Source: an uncultured bacterium (lineage in GTDB: Bacteria > Bacillota_I > Bacilli_A > RFN20 > CAG-826). From it: a stretch of DNA of 38,105 nucleotides. Below are positions 1 to 7,893 of the stretch, piece by piece. The stretch is taken from assembly GCA_949290725.1 (NCBI GenBank), contig CASEST010000008.1, positions 1 through 38,105 on the forward strand. Reading direction: 5' to 3'. Within the stretch, counting starts at the first letter, position 1. Every line of letters starts with the position of its first letter. The notes under the pieces are model-generated. The model was not told the DNA's origin and did no database searches. It saw only the letters and a program-made list of their open reading frames with translations. The position numbers were made by a program, and so were the translations under genes.

Positions 1-67
1 AGGGGCGGGCTTGGAAAGCTCGTAGGCTGTAACAGGCGCGGGGGTTCAAATCCCCCTTTCTCCGCCA
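1..67 (+). tRNA. tRNA-Ser (anticodon GGA), 3' fragment; 5' end lies off-window; CCA is genome-encoded
   Basis: Anticodon stem CGGGC(6-10)/GCTCG(18-22) with 7-nt loop TTGGAAA gives anticodon GGA(13-15). Long 17-nt variable region (23-39) typical of class II tRNA. T-arm GGGGG(40-44)/TTCAAAT/CCCCC(52-56). 3' acceptor strand TTTCTCC, discriminator G64, CCA 65-67. Confidence 0.85.
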
Positions 68-79
68 AATAAAATTTAT

Positions 80-114
80 ACCTTATATTTTACAATAAAA
101 TATAAGGTTTTTTT
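80..114 (+). terminator. Rho-independent terminator after the tRNA
   Basis: 12-bp stem ACCTTATATTTT(80-91)/AAAATATAAGGT(97-108), 5-nt loop, followed by T6 (109-114). Confidence 0.7.
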
Positions 115-144
115 AATTAAAAAGAGTAAGTTTTAACTTACTCT
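115..144 (-). terminator. Rho-independent terminator of the 138-539 gene
   Basis: On the minus strand AGAGTAAG-loop-CTTACTCT (123-130/137-144) followed by TTTTAATT. The hairpin includes the stop codon. Confidence 0.55.
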
Positions 145-539
145 TTGTTATTAATAGTTGAATCTTCAATAGTTGACTCAAAATTGACTTTTTGTGACAT
201 TGATTCAAGACGTTGTCTTCTTCGAGCTTCTTTCTCTCTCTCGCGATCTTCAAATTTTGATGCGAGCGATAAAGAAATAGCTAATACAATCGAACCTAAG
301 AATGTGATAATAACTCCGAACCAAGTAAATCCAACGCCACCCATCATCGCTTTCATTGATTCGTTAGGAGTCGTTAAAACCGAACCATAAATATTCGTAT
401 AATCATCGATTAAGCCTAAAACAACAAAAATTAAGCCTAAAGCAATGAATAATAAAGCAATGATGAAAGCAACTAATTGCTTGATACTAAAAGTCTTAAA
501 AAAGTTTTTCTTATTTTTTAAAGCTTTTTCTTTTTTCAT
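138..539 (-). CDS. Hypothetical small membrane protein (133 aa, two predicted TM helices, charged C-terminal tail)
   Basis: ORF track. Hydrophobic stretches LVAFIIALLFIALGLIFVVLGLI and FTWFGVIITFLGSIVLAISLSLA, then an E/R-rich tail. ATG overlaps the upstream stop (TAATG at 537-541). No family recognised. Confidence 0.6.
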   Translation of the reverse strand: MKKEKALKNKKNFFKTFSIKQLVAFIIALLFIALGLIFVVLGLIDDYTNIYGSVLTTPNESMKAMMGGVGFTWFGVIITFLGSIVLAISLSLASKFEDREREKEARRRQRLESMSQKVNFESTIEDSTINNKE

Positions 540-1420
540 TATTTAACTTCTTTCTTTTCAACTTCTTGATTAACACCTTCAGCTTCAGCTTTAGCACGAG
601 CCTCTTGATTATCCTTAATCATTTCACTAACGCATGGTTGATAAACTTTCTTCCATTCGTCTTCAGCAAGAATTAAATATTCATTAACTCTCGCATTAGC
701 TTCAGAATAAACATCAGCAAAAGTTTTTCCTTTAGGAAGTTCGCGTCTTCCATTCATCATTTCAATAAGGTGTTCTACTAAATCTAAAGAATCTGTATAA
801 ATAGCTTCTTTACAAGTAGCGTTAACTTTAGAAAGATAGAATAATCTGACTAATTCATTTAATTCTTTTTCAATGAAGGTTGCGCCAGGTCCTTTTTGAC
901 CATTGTTATCTTTCATATCTTTATTAAATTCGCCAAATTTAGCATAAATAGTATGTAAAAGAGAGAATAAAACAACCGCACGATAGAATTTTTCATCTTT
1001 ATCTAAAAGTGTAGTAATTGAATCATCAATTAAATTATTATCTTTTCTAAATTTGTCATGAACTCTAATTACAGCATTGATTTGTTCATGAAGAGGGATT
1101 GTTTTTGAAAAAATTGTAACATCTTGGTTGTGGTCAACACGAACTGTATCATTTTCGCGATGTAAGATGGTTGAATCATCGCCATATAATGTATTAGCAA
1201 AATCTTCAATTAATTCTTTTAATTTAGCGCCTTTTTCTCCATTGGAGTCTAAGAAACTTTTTAATGGGGTGTTTAATTTTGGTTCATTAACAATACCATT
1301 CTTTTTATAATCATAAAAACGGACGTCAAATTTATCACGTCGAATAGTATATTCTAAAGTATCTCTAACTAAAGAATTGTAATAAACTAATGAGACAATA
1401 ACTCTACTAATTGGTAACAT
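539..1420 (-). CDS. Hypothetical cytoplasmic protein (293 aa), no family recognised
   Basis: Long ORF with ATG at 1418-1420 and AAGGAG 13 nt upstream. Predicted mostly helical with a K/E-rich C-terminus. No catalytic motif recognised by eye. Confidence 0.6.
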   Translation of the reverse strand: MLPISRVIVSLVYYNSLVRDTLEYTIRRDKFDVRFYDYKKNGIVNEPKLNTPLKSFLDSNGEKGAKLKELIEDFANTLYGDDSTILHRENDTVRVDHNQDVTIFSKTIPLHEQINAVIRVHDKFRKDNNLIDDSITTLLDKDEKFYRAVVLFSLLHTIYAKFGEFNKDMKDNNGQKGPGATFIEKELNELVRLFYLSKVNATCKEAIYTDSLDLVEHLIEMMNGRRELPKGKTFADVYSEANARVNEYLILAEDEWKKVYQPCVSEMIKDNQEARAKAEAEGVNQEVEKKEVK

Positions 1421-1456
1421 ATTAAATAAAAAATCTCCTTTGTCTTATATATTTTA

Positions 1457-2290
1457 CTATTTTTCATAAATATATCTAGTTAAATCTTCATATTTATCTA
1501 GGTTATACTTTGCGTATTTTTTAACTGTTTTAGCAGCATGAGACATCGCAAAGGAATGCTCATGAAATTCTTTAAACATTGAAATGTCATTTCCACTATC
1601 GCCAACTACATAAACTTCATCCTTATTTATATTATTTAATTCGCAATATCTTTTAATAGCATTCCCTTTAGAGCAGCCTTTCGAAGTTATCTCAACGCAA
1701 AAACTGGACCAGGAAGATTCAACATTTTCGTAGCTATTTCGTATAACTTTATTTGCTTCTAAAGCGCGTTTTTTACTTTTATTAGATAAACCAAACAAAA
1801 CTAAAACTTTATAGATTTCTTTTTCTTTAAGAGCTTTTTGATATTCCTCTTTTTCTATATGAACATCCTCGGCTAGCGCTCTTTGACTTTTAAAATAAAA
1901 TTTAGCACAAAAGCGGAAAAACTTAGAATCTTTCCTTAATCTTAAAAAGATTCCATCATTTGTAAATAAAACAATAGCCATCAATTTATAAGATGAAAAT
2001 AAATCATTAATAATACTTTCTACTTCATTATTTGAAATATTTTTACTATATACAAGCTGGTTATTTTGATAAATGCATGCTCCATTATATGGAACAATAT
2101 CTATATTTCGATTAATAACTTCTTTTACTTTCAACCCATAAGAAAGAGAACGACCACTAACTATAATTAATTTGCCCCCATGATCAATGAAAGATTGAAC
2201 AAAGTAAAGGTTTTGTTTGCATATAATATTTCTATGGTCTTTAGGATAAAATAAAGTGCCATCTAAATCAGTTGCGATAATCTTATTCAT
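1457..2290 (-). CDS. Cof-type HAD-IIB family hydrolase/phosphatase
   Basis: Motif I DLDGTL near the N-terminus and motif IV GDSGNDISMF. Start moved to the internal ATG at 2290 (MNKIIATDLDGTL) because the upstream 30 nt of the ORF are the hpf terminator hairpin. Confidence 0.85.
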   Translation of the reverse strand: MNKIIATDLDGTLFYPKDHRNIICKQNLYFVQSFIDHGGKLIIVSGRSLSYGLKVKEVINRNIDIVPYNGACIYQNNQLVYSKNISNNEVESIINDLFSSYKLMAIVLFTNDGIFLRLRKDSKFFRFCAKFYFKSQRALAEDVHIEKEEYQKALKEKEIYKVLVLFGLSNKSKKRALEANKVIRNSYENVESSWSSFCVEITSKGCSKGNAIKRYCELNNINKDEVYVVGDSGNDISMFKEFHEHSFAMSHAAKTVKKYAKYNLDKYEDLTRYIYEK

Positions 2291-2294
2291 AAAT

Positions 2295-2321
2295 AAAAAA
2301 CTTGCACTATTTATGTGCAAG
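2295..2321 (-). terminator. Rho-independent terminator after hpf
   Basis: Minus strand CTTGCAC-ATAAATA-GTGCAAG followed by TTTTTT (plus coordinates: stem 2301-2307/2315-2321, A6 at 2295-2300). Confidence 0.7.
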
Positions 2322-2355
2322 TTTATTATATTTTATTTTCTTATTTTAATACAAA

Positions 2356-2910
2356 CTATTTTATTTCAACCTTGTTATCGGCTTGAAGTAATCCGTATCC
2401 GCCTTCCTTACGGCGATAAACTAAGCTGATTTTTTCATCATCAGTATCTAAATATAAATAGAAATCATGATCGATTGCTTCCATTTCAACAATGGCTTCA
2501 TCTAAAGTAATTGGACGTAAGTCAAGATTTTTAGTTCTAACAACTTCTCCTTCACTAATATCCTCATCACCTTCTAAAACATCATATAATAATGCCTTAC
2601 CTAATCCTTGATGTTCATATCTTCTTTGCAATTGAGTTTTTAATTTTCTCATTTGACCTTGTAACTTATCAATTGATTCATCGATTGCATTATATAAATC
2701 TTCATCTTTGACTTCAGCTCTAAAAGTAGTATCAGGAGTAAAAATAGTTACTTCAACTTTTGCGCCGTTTTTATAACTTCTTACAACAGCTCTACAATCA
2801 ACATTTTCGTCATTCTTAAAATATTTATCCATTCTGGAAAGTTTTTTAATAATTGCGTCAGAGATAGCTTCAGTGACGACAATATTCTTACCAATAATTT
2901 GATACTTCAT
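2356..2910 (-). CDS. hpf: Ribosome hibernation promoting factor, long form (184 aa)
   Basis: N-terminal sigma54-modulation/RaiA fold signature (MKYQIIGKNIVVTEAI...KLSRMDKYF) plus the C-terminal dimerisation domain typical of Firmicute long HPF. GGAGGA RBS upstream. Confidence 0.9.
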   Translation of the reverse strand: MKYQIIGKNIVVTEAISDAIIKKLSRMDKYFKNDENVDCRAVVRSYKNGAKVEVTIFTPDTTFRAEVKDEDLYNAIDESIDKLQGQMRKLKTQLQRRYEHQGLGKALLYDVLEGDEDISEGEVVRTKNLDLRPITLDEAIVEMEAIDHDFYLYLDTDDEKISLVYRRKEGGYGLLQADNKVEIK

Positions 2911-2993
2911 AATTATTCCTCCTATGTATTTTAAGATTAATTTAATTATAACATATAAAATTAAATTGTAAGCATTTATTTAGAATTATTTTA

Positions 2994-3011
2994 TATTTCC
3001 ACGTGGAAATA
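2994..3011. repeat. 18-bp perfect palindrome TATTTCCACGTGGAAATA in the metK-hpf intergenic region
   Basis: Read directly: the left arm TATTTCCAC is the exact reverse complement of the right arm GTGGAAATA. No U-tract on either strand, so it is not an intrinsic terminator. Centre lies about 55 bp upstream of the candidate hpf -10 element. Confidence 0.9.
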
Positions 3012-3095
3012 CTAATACTAATTAATGCCTATAAAACTACTAGAAATATACTAATCTCTATTAACTAAAAGGATAATTTAAATAATAAAAATGAA

Positions 3096-4268
3096 TTAAT
3101 AATTTTTAATGAGATTTTTAATTTCTTCTACTTTATCTAATTTTTCCCATGGCAAATCTAAATCAGGTCTACCAAAATGCCCATAAGCAGCTAACGATTT
3201 ATAAGAAAAAGAAGGTTTTGTTAAATTAAACTTATCAATTATTACACCAGGTCTAGCATCAAAAACCTTATCAATTATGTCTAATATCACTTCATCTTTA
3301 TAATGTGATGTTTTAAAAGTTGAAACTGAAATTGAGATTGGTTCAGCTTTTCCTATAGCATAAGATAATTGAATTTCTAAACGTTCTGCTATACCAGCAG
3401 CAACTAAATTTTTCGCCATATATCTAGCATAATATGCTGCACTTCGATCTACTTTTGATGGATCTTTTCCTGAAAAACATCCTCCGCCATGTCTAGCACT
3501 ACCGCCATATGTATCAACAATAATTTTTCTACCAGTTAATCCGGTATCCCCCATTGGTCCACCAATAACAAAACGACCAGTTGGATTAATTAAAAATTTA
3601 AATTCAGTATTTAAATTAAAAGATTTTACAACAGGAATCATAATTTTATTTAAAATAAAATCTTTGAATTCATTTTCATCAAAATCTGGATCATGTTGGC
3701 AAGACATTAAAATAGTATCAATTTTTGGTGTCTGAATAGAGTAATCGATTGTAACTTGAGATTTCATATCTGGTCTAGAATATTTAAATTCGCCATTTTT
3801 TCTTAATCTCGTTGCCTCTCTTACTAATTTATGAGCAATTACAATCGCTAAAGGCATATAACCTTCATTTTCATTAGTCGCATAGCCAAACATAATTCCT
3901 TGATCTCCCGCGCCTTGTTCCAATATATTCCCGCGATTAATTCCCATATTAATATCTGGTGATTGGCTATTTATTATATTGATTATTTTTAAGTTTTTAT
4001 AATTAAAGCCTAACTCGTCATTGTCATATCCGATTTCTTTTATGACATCTCTAGCTATTTTTTCATAATCTATCTTGGCTTTTGTCGTAGTTTCTCCGCC
4101 AATTAATAAAAAATCTTTTGAAACAAAACATTCACAAGCAACGTGTGAACCTGGATCTTCATTCAAACAAGCATCTAAAATTGCATCACTAATTTGATCG
4201 CACACTTTATCAGGATGTCCTTCACTTACTGATTCGCTTGTAAATAAAATCTTTAAATCGTTATTCAT
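3096..4268 (-). CDS. metK: S-adenosylmethionine synthetase
   Basis: 390 aa with hallmark motifs FTSESVSEGHPDK, GAGDQG, GGGAFSGKD-like (GGGCFSGKDPSKVDRSAAY). Confidence 0.97.
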   Translation of the reverse strand: MNNDLKILFTSESVSEGHPDKVCDQISDAILDACLNEDPGSHVACECFVSKDFLLIGGETTTKAKIDYEKIARDVIKEIGYDNDELGFNYKNLKIINIINSQSPDINMGINRGNILEQGAGDQGIMFGYATNENEGYMPLAIVIAHKLVREATRLRKNGEFKYSRPDMKSQVTIDYSIQTPKIDTILMSCQHDPDFDENEFKDFILNKIMIPVVKSFNLNTEFKFLINPTGRFVIGGPMGDTGLTGRKIIVDTYGGSARHGGGCFSGKDPSKVDRSAAYYARYMAKNLVAAGIAERLEIQLSYAIGKAEPISISVSTFKTSHYKDEVILDIIDKVFDARPGVIIDKFNLTKPSFSYKSLAAYGHFGRPDLDLPWEKLDKVEEIKNLIKNY

Positions 4269-4284
4269 AAATATATTTCTCCTA

Positions 4285-4440
4285 TAAAAAAGCCTTCCAC
4301 TTTTAGGAAGGCTATTAAAGTATTTAATATCTTCGCTTATCGTTCAAAGTGTGGATAACTTTGCTGCTAAGAAGCACTTACTATTTTAATAGAGTTGCTA
4401 CCATACTTTTTCACCTAGCTTAATATGGTTCTTGATAAGT
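4285..4440 (-). promoter_or_regulatory. SAM-I (S-box) riboswitch with terminator, leader of metK
   Basis: Minus strand: P1 CTTATC...GATAAG, P2 ACCATA...TATGGT, AGCAAC junction, P3 TCTATT-AAAA-TAGTA, AGTGCT...TTAGCAGC, P4 CAAAGT-TATCCAC-ACTTTG. Then terminator AGCCTTCC-loop-GGAAGGCT + T5 (4286-4312). Confidence 0.75.
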
Positions 4441-4446
4441 TTTCTT

Positions 4447-4475
4447 ATTATAAATAAATAGATTAATAAAAACAA
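4447..4475 (-). promoter_or_regulatory. Candidate sigma-A promoter for the metK leader
   Basis: Minus strand TTGTTT (4470-4475), 17 nt, TATAAT (4447-4452), a few nt upstream of riboswitch P1. Confidence 0.45.
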
Positions 4476-4739
4476 CTAATTAGCTGCTTTAATCTCTTCT
4501 ATTGCTAAAGCAATTTGGTCAGGACAAGATGTTTCCCTTGTTCCGCATTTAATGCCTTTTAATAAATCGTGAACCTCATCAATATCACGATTTAAAATTA
4601 AGGCTTTAATTCCTTTTAAATTCCCATTGCATCCGCCAATAATCACAAAATCAACAATCTTATTGGTTTCAGTGTCATATTTTAATTCAATTTCTCTTGA
4701 ACAAGTTCCAAAATTTTTATGGATAATAGTTTTTAACAT
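4476..4739 (-). CDS. TIGR03905-type TSCPD-domain small protein (87 aa)
   Basis: GTCSREIEL...GGCNGNLKGI...GIKCGTRETSCPDQ matches the four-Cys TSCPD small-protein family. Start set to the ATG at 4739, which overlaps the pduL stop (TAATG). Confidence 0.75.
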   Translation of the reverse strand: MLKTIIHKNFGTCSREIELKYDTETNKIVDFVIIGGCNGNLKGIKALILNRDIDEVHDLLKGIKCGTRETSCPDQIALAIEEIKAAN

Positions 4740-5314
4740 TATTTTACAATTTCTCCATACATTTCGCCGAAGCAATTTCCAGCATTAGATTCGTCAGTAT
4801 CAATATGCATTGCGAGTCTATAATTTGGAGAAACTCTAACTACAGTGTCACCAAAAACAACTTTTCTACCTTCTCCGCCAGTAGAAACACTGACTATCTC
4901 GCCATTTTTTACGCCGAAAGCTTCGGCATCTTCTGGAGTCATATGGATGTGTCTTTTAGCGATAATACAACCTTCAGCTAAATCTAATTCGTGGCCATTT
5001 AAAGGGTTAATAATCTTAATAGGTGCACTTCCTTTAACATCTCCAGATTCTCTAATAGGAGCTTTAACGCCTAAAGTTCTAGCATCAGTAGCGCTTACTT
5101 CAACTTGATTTTCTTTTCTAACTGGCCCAAGAATAGAAACCCCTTTAATTGTATTTTTTGGACCTACGATATCTAATTTAGTATTGGACGCAAATTGTCC
5201 AGGTTGTGATAATTCCTTTTTAACTTCTAATCGGAAGCCTTCCCCGCATAAATGTTCCAAAGCTTCTTGTGTTAAATGAATATGTCTTGCACTTGTTTCA
5301 ACAATAAATTTCAT
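4739..5314 (-). CDS. pduL: Phosphate propanoyl/acetyl-transferase PduL (191 aa, no encapsulation-peptide extension)
   Basis: Duplicated PTAC motifs: SARHIHL...GQFA...GP.R...QVE.S.TDA and AKRHIHMTPEDA...FGDTVVRVSP...AMHIDTDE. Confidence 0.88.
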   Translation of the reverse strand: MKFIVETSARHIHLTQEALEHLCGEGFRLEVKKELSQPGQFASNTKLDIVGPKNTIKGVSILGPVRKENQVEVSATDARTLGVKAPIRESGDVKGSAPIKIINPLNGHELDLAEGCIIAKRHIHMTPEDAEAFGVKNGEIVSVSTGGEGRKVVFGDTVVRVSPNYRLAMHIDTDESNAGNCFGEMYGEIVK

Positions 5315-5443
5315 ATTTATTTCCTCCGAAAATTATTATAAAACTATCTTTTTAATTATAAAAGAATTATCAATAGATATTACTTTTTCTAAGGAAATAT
5401 AAGTAGTATTTTAAAAATTAATCGCTATACTATTATTATATTT

Positions 5444-6163
5444 ATGAAAGAAATCAATCGCATTTTAAATAGTTTTAAAAGTATTGTTTTTATAGATTTT
5501 GAAGGCTCGCAATATGGTCAAGAAATTATTGCCATCGGGGCCATAAAAGTTGATTTAGATAATAAAAATTTAATTAAAAAAACTTATAATCCATTTAAAT
5601 GCTATATCAAAATTGATGAAGATGTTGGCGATTTCATTACTAATTTAACTGGAATTAGTAATGAATTACTAAACAAAAAGGGGCTTTCATTTAATTTAGC
5701 AATTAAAAAACTTGAATCCTATGTTGGTAAAGATAGCGTTAAGTTTTTTCATTATGGTAATTTTGATGTTCATCTTTTACATAATAGTCGCAATAAAAAT
5801 AAGCTTAATGAAAATGAGTTTATCGCTCGAATATTAAATAATTCAATAGATTTTTCCAAAGTTTTATCGCATTATGTCAAAAGTGAAAAAAATACGCCTT
5901 TATCATTAGTTGATGCTTTAAGAATTTTTCAAACAAATATCGATCAAAATTTACATGATCCAGAAACAGACGCCATCAATTTAATGCATCTTTATCAATC
6001 ATTTTTGAAAAAACATACTATTTTAAAAAATGAATATATTAAGGTTTTAAAAAATTCACCTTCATTGGCTAATCCGTTTAAAAAAATTATTAAAAAATTA
6101 GAAAGTGAACAAAAGGTAACCTATAAAGATTTTATTTCATATATTGAAGAGGATCTAAAATGA
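5444..6163 (+). CDS. DEDDh 3'-5' exonuclease (KapD/ERI-1-like), 239 aa
   Basis: Exo I FIDFEGS, Exo II HYGNFDVHLL, Exo III HDPETDAINL (H-x4-D). Stop TGA overlaps the recU ATG (ATGA). Confidence 0.8.
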   Translation: MKEINRILNSFKSIVFIDFEGSQYGQEIIAIGAIKVDLDNKNLIKKTYNPFKCYIKIDEDVGDFITNLTGISNELLNKKGLSFNLAIKKLESYVGKDSVKFFHYGNFDVHLLHNSRNKNKLNENEFIARILNNSIDFSKVLSHYVKSEKNTPLSLVDALRIFQTNIDQNLHDPETDAINLMHLYQSFLKKHTILKNEYIKVLKNSPSLANPFKKIIKKLESEQKVTYKDFISYIEEDLK

Positions 6164-6717
6164 TAAATTATCCATTTAATATTACTAATTTTAAAGAAAA
6201 AACGAATAAAAAACCTGATTCACATAAAAACCGTGGACTATCTTTAGAAAAATTGATCAATGACACAAACAAATTCTATATTTTTAATGAAAAAGCACTC
6301 ATTTATAAAAAGCCAACTCCAATTCATGTAGTTAAAACTAATAAAGAAAATATAATAACTGAAGCCTATTTTGAAAAGCCTTCTACTACTGATTATAATG
6401 GACTTTATAAAGGAAAATATTTAGATTTCGAAGCTAAAGAAACCAAATCAAAAACATCATTTCCTTTAAATAATCTTAATTCAATGCAAATAAAACACCT
6501 TAATAAAGTTGATGAAATGGGTGGAATAGCTTTTATTATCGTTTCTTTTACTTCGTTGAATCGATATTTTTTATACTTTATTAAAGATTTAAAAAATTAT
6601 TTAAAATCTAATAAAAAATCAATTCCTTTAAATGAATTTATCGAACACGGGCATGAGCTCGAGATTTCAATTTATCCAAAACTTGATTATTTAAAAGTTA
6701 TCGATCAGCTTTTTTAA
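6160..6717 (+). CDS. recU: Holliday junction resolvase RecU
   Basis: NRGLSLEKLIN...YKKPTP...DYNGLYKGKYLDFEAKET catalytic region typical of RecU. Confidence 0.9.
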   Translation: MINYPFNITNFKEKTNKKPDSHKNRGLSLEKLINDTNKFYIFNEKALIYKKPTPIHVVKTNKENIITEAYFEKPSTTDYNGLYKGKYLDFEAKETKSKTSFPLNNLNSMQIKHLNKVDEMGGIAFIIVSFTSLNRYFLYFIKDLKNYLKSNKKSIPLNEFIEHGHELEISIYPKLDYLKVIDQLF

Positions 6718-7339
6718 TATACTTACAAACCGCTTGTAATTTGCAGTTATTACAAATTGGATTAATCGCTTTACAATAATAACGTCCAAAATGAATAAAT
6801 TGATGATGCAACAATTTATAATCTTTTTTATCGAAAAATTTTTTAAGTTTTTCTTCGACTAATATTATCGAATCATTTTCATTAGCTAAGCCCAATCTTT
6901 TAGCTAAACGAAAAACATGAGTATCGACAGGAAATTCTTCCTTATCAAAAAGTTCGATCAATATTACATTAGCAACTTTATTGCCAACACCTTTCATCGA
7001 CATTAAATCTTTTTTATTATTAGGAACTTTTTTATCGAACTTATAAATTAATTGATGAGCTATATCTTTTATTGCGATAGCTTTATTTTTATATAATCCT
7101 AGATACTTAATAACATCTTCAATTTCTTTTAAACTAGCTTTATCTAATTCTTCTAAACTAGGATATTTATTAAATAAAATTTTATCGACTTCATTAACTT
7201 TTTTATCGGTCGTTTGCGCACTTAAAGTAACGGCGATTAGAAGTTCATAATCTTTAGTATAATTTAACTCACAACTAGCATTTGGAAGCAATTCATTAAA
7301 ATATGATTGAATGAGATTTCTTTTATCTATTTTATTCAT
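6698..7339 (-). CDS. nth: Endonuclease III
   Basis: HhH-GPD region (MKGVGNKVANV, PVDTHVFR) and C-terminal 4Fe-4S loop C-x6-C-x2-C-x5-C (CKAINPICNNCKLQAVC). Confidence 0.93.
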   Translation of the reverse strand: MNKIDKRNLIQSYFNELLPNASCELNYTKDYELLIAVTLSAQTTDKKVNEVDKILFNKYPSLEELDKASLKEIEDVIKYLGLYKNKAIAIKDIAHQLIYKFDKKVPNNKKDLMSMKGVGNKVANVILIELFDKEEFPVDTHVFRLAKRLGLANENDSIILVEEKLKKFFDKKDYKLLHHQFIHFGRYYCKAINPICNNCKLQAVCKYIKKADR

Positions 7340-7886
7340 CGTCTTTACTTATCTTTTTAGCAATTAATTTATCAATTTTACTTAAATTTAATTGATTAAG
7401 ATTATAAGCATCTTTTAAAGCATCGATAATAGTTTCTTCTTCAATTTCATTATCTAACCATTTTTCAATCATATTTTTTTCACTTTTTGATAAAGGGCGA
7501 TCAAAATAATGCTCAAAAGTAGAAATAACTCTTAATTTTATCTCATGGCTAGCAGCATCTTGTTTTTTATCGCTAATTAATAAATCGCTTTTAAATTTAT
7601 CTAATAATATTTCCTTAATATTTTTTAATGAAGTTACGAATTCATTCTCGTTAGTTTCATAAAATATATATTTTTTAGTTAACAAAGAATTAAAAGCTTC
7701 ATCAATCTCAAAAAATGGGAGATCAAGCTTTAATTCTAACAATTCATTGGTAATCATTTTATTGCCATCATTAATTAAATGATCTGACATTAATAAAACT
7801 AATAGTTCATTATTAGATATATTTAACTCTTTATAATATTCTAAAAGCAAATATGTAAAATTAATTCCACTCAATTTATTATTCAT
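7332..7886 (-). CDS. dnaD: DnaD-domain replication initiation/membrane attachment protein
   Basis: C-terminal DnaD/DnaB-2 repeat (FEHYFDRPLSKSEKNMIEKWL...EETIIDALKDA). dnaD-nth adjacency as in Bacillus. Confidence 0.75.
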   Translation of the reverse strand: MNNKLSGINFTYLLLEYYKELNISNNELLVLLMSDHLINDGNKMITNELLELKLDLPFFEIDEAFNSLLTKKYIFYETNENEFVTSLKNIKEILLDKFKSDLLISDKKQDAASHEIKLRVISTFEHYFDRPLSKSEKNMIEKWLDNEIEEETIIDALKDAYNLNQLNLSKIDKLIAKKISKDDE

Positions 7887-7893
7887 AAAATAC

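Noticed and set aside
1-67. Possibility that the 5' fragment is the end of tmRNA or tRNA-Sec rather than tRNA-Ser.
   Set aside because: The discriminator is G (tmRNA ends in ..CCACCA with discriminator A and an alanine-type acceptor). A normal 5-bp anticodon stem with a 7-nt loop carrying GGA is present.
2994-3011. The 18-bp palindrome as the metK intrinsic terminator.
   Set aside because: No U-rich tract follows the hairpin on either strand, and the loop would be only 4 nt of a fully paired palindrome. Kept as a protein-binding-site candidate instead.
4350-4358. Perfect DnaA box TTATCCACA (minus strand), as a possible hint of oriC.
   Set aside because: It is a single isolated box that forms the loop of helix P4 of the SAM riboswitch. 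There is no cluster of boxes, no AT-rich unwinding element context, and no dnaA nearby.
6698-6717. 20-nt convergent 3' overlap of recU and nth as a regulatory antisense feature.
   Set aside because: It is probably just genome compaction. No hairpin or conserved motif is visible in the overlap, and nothing further can be tested from the sequence alone.
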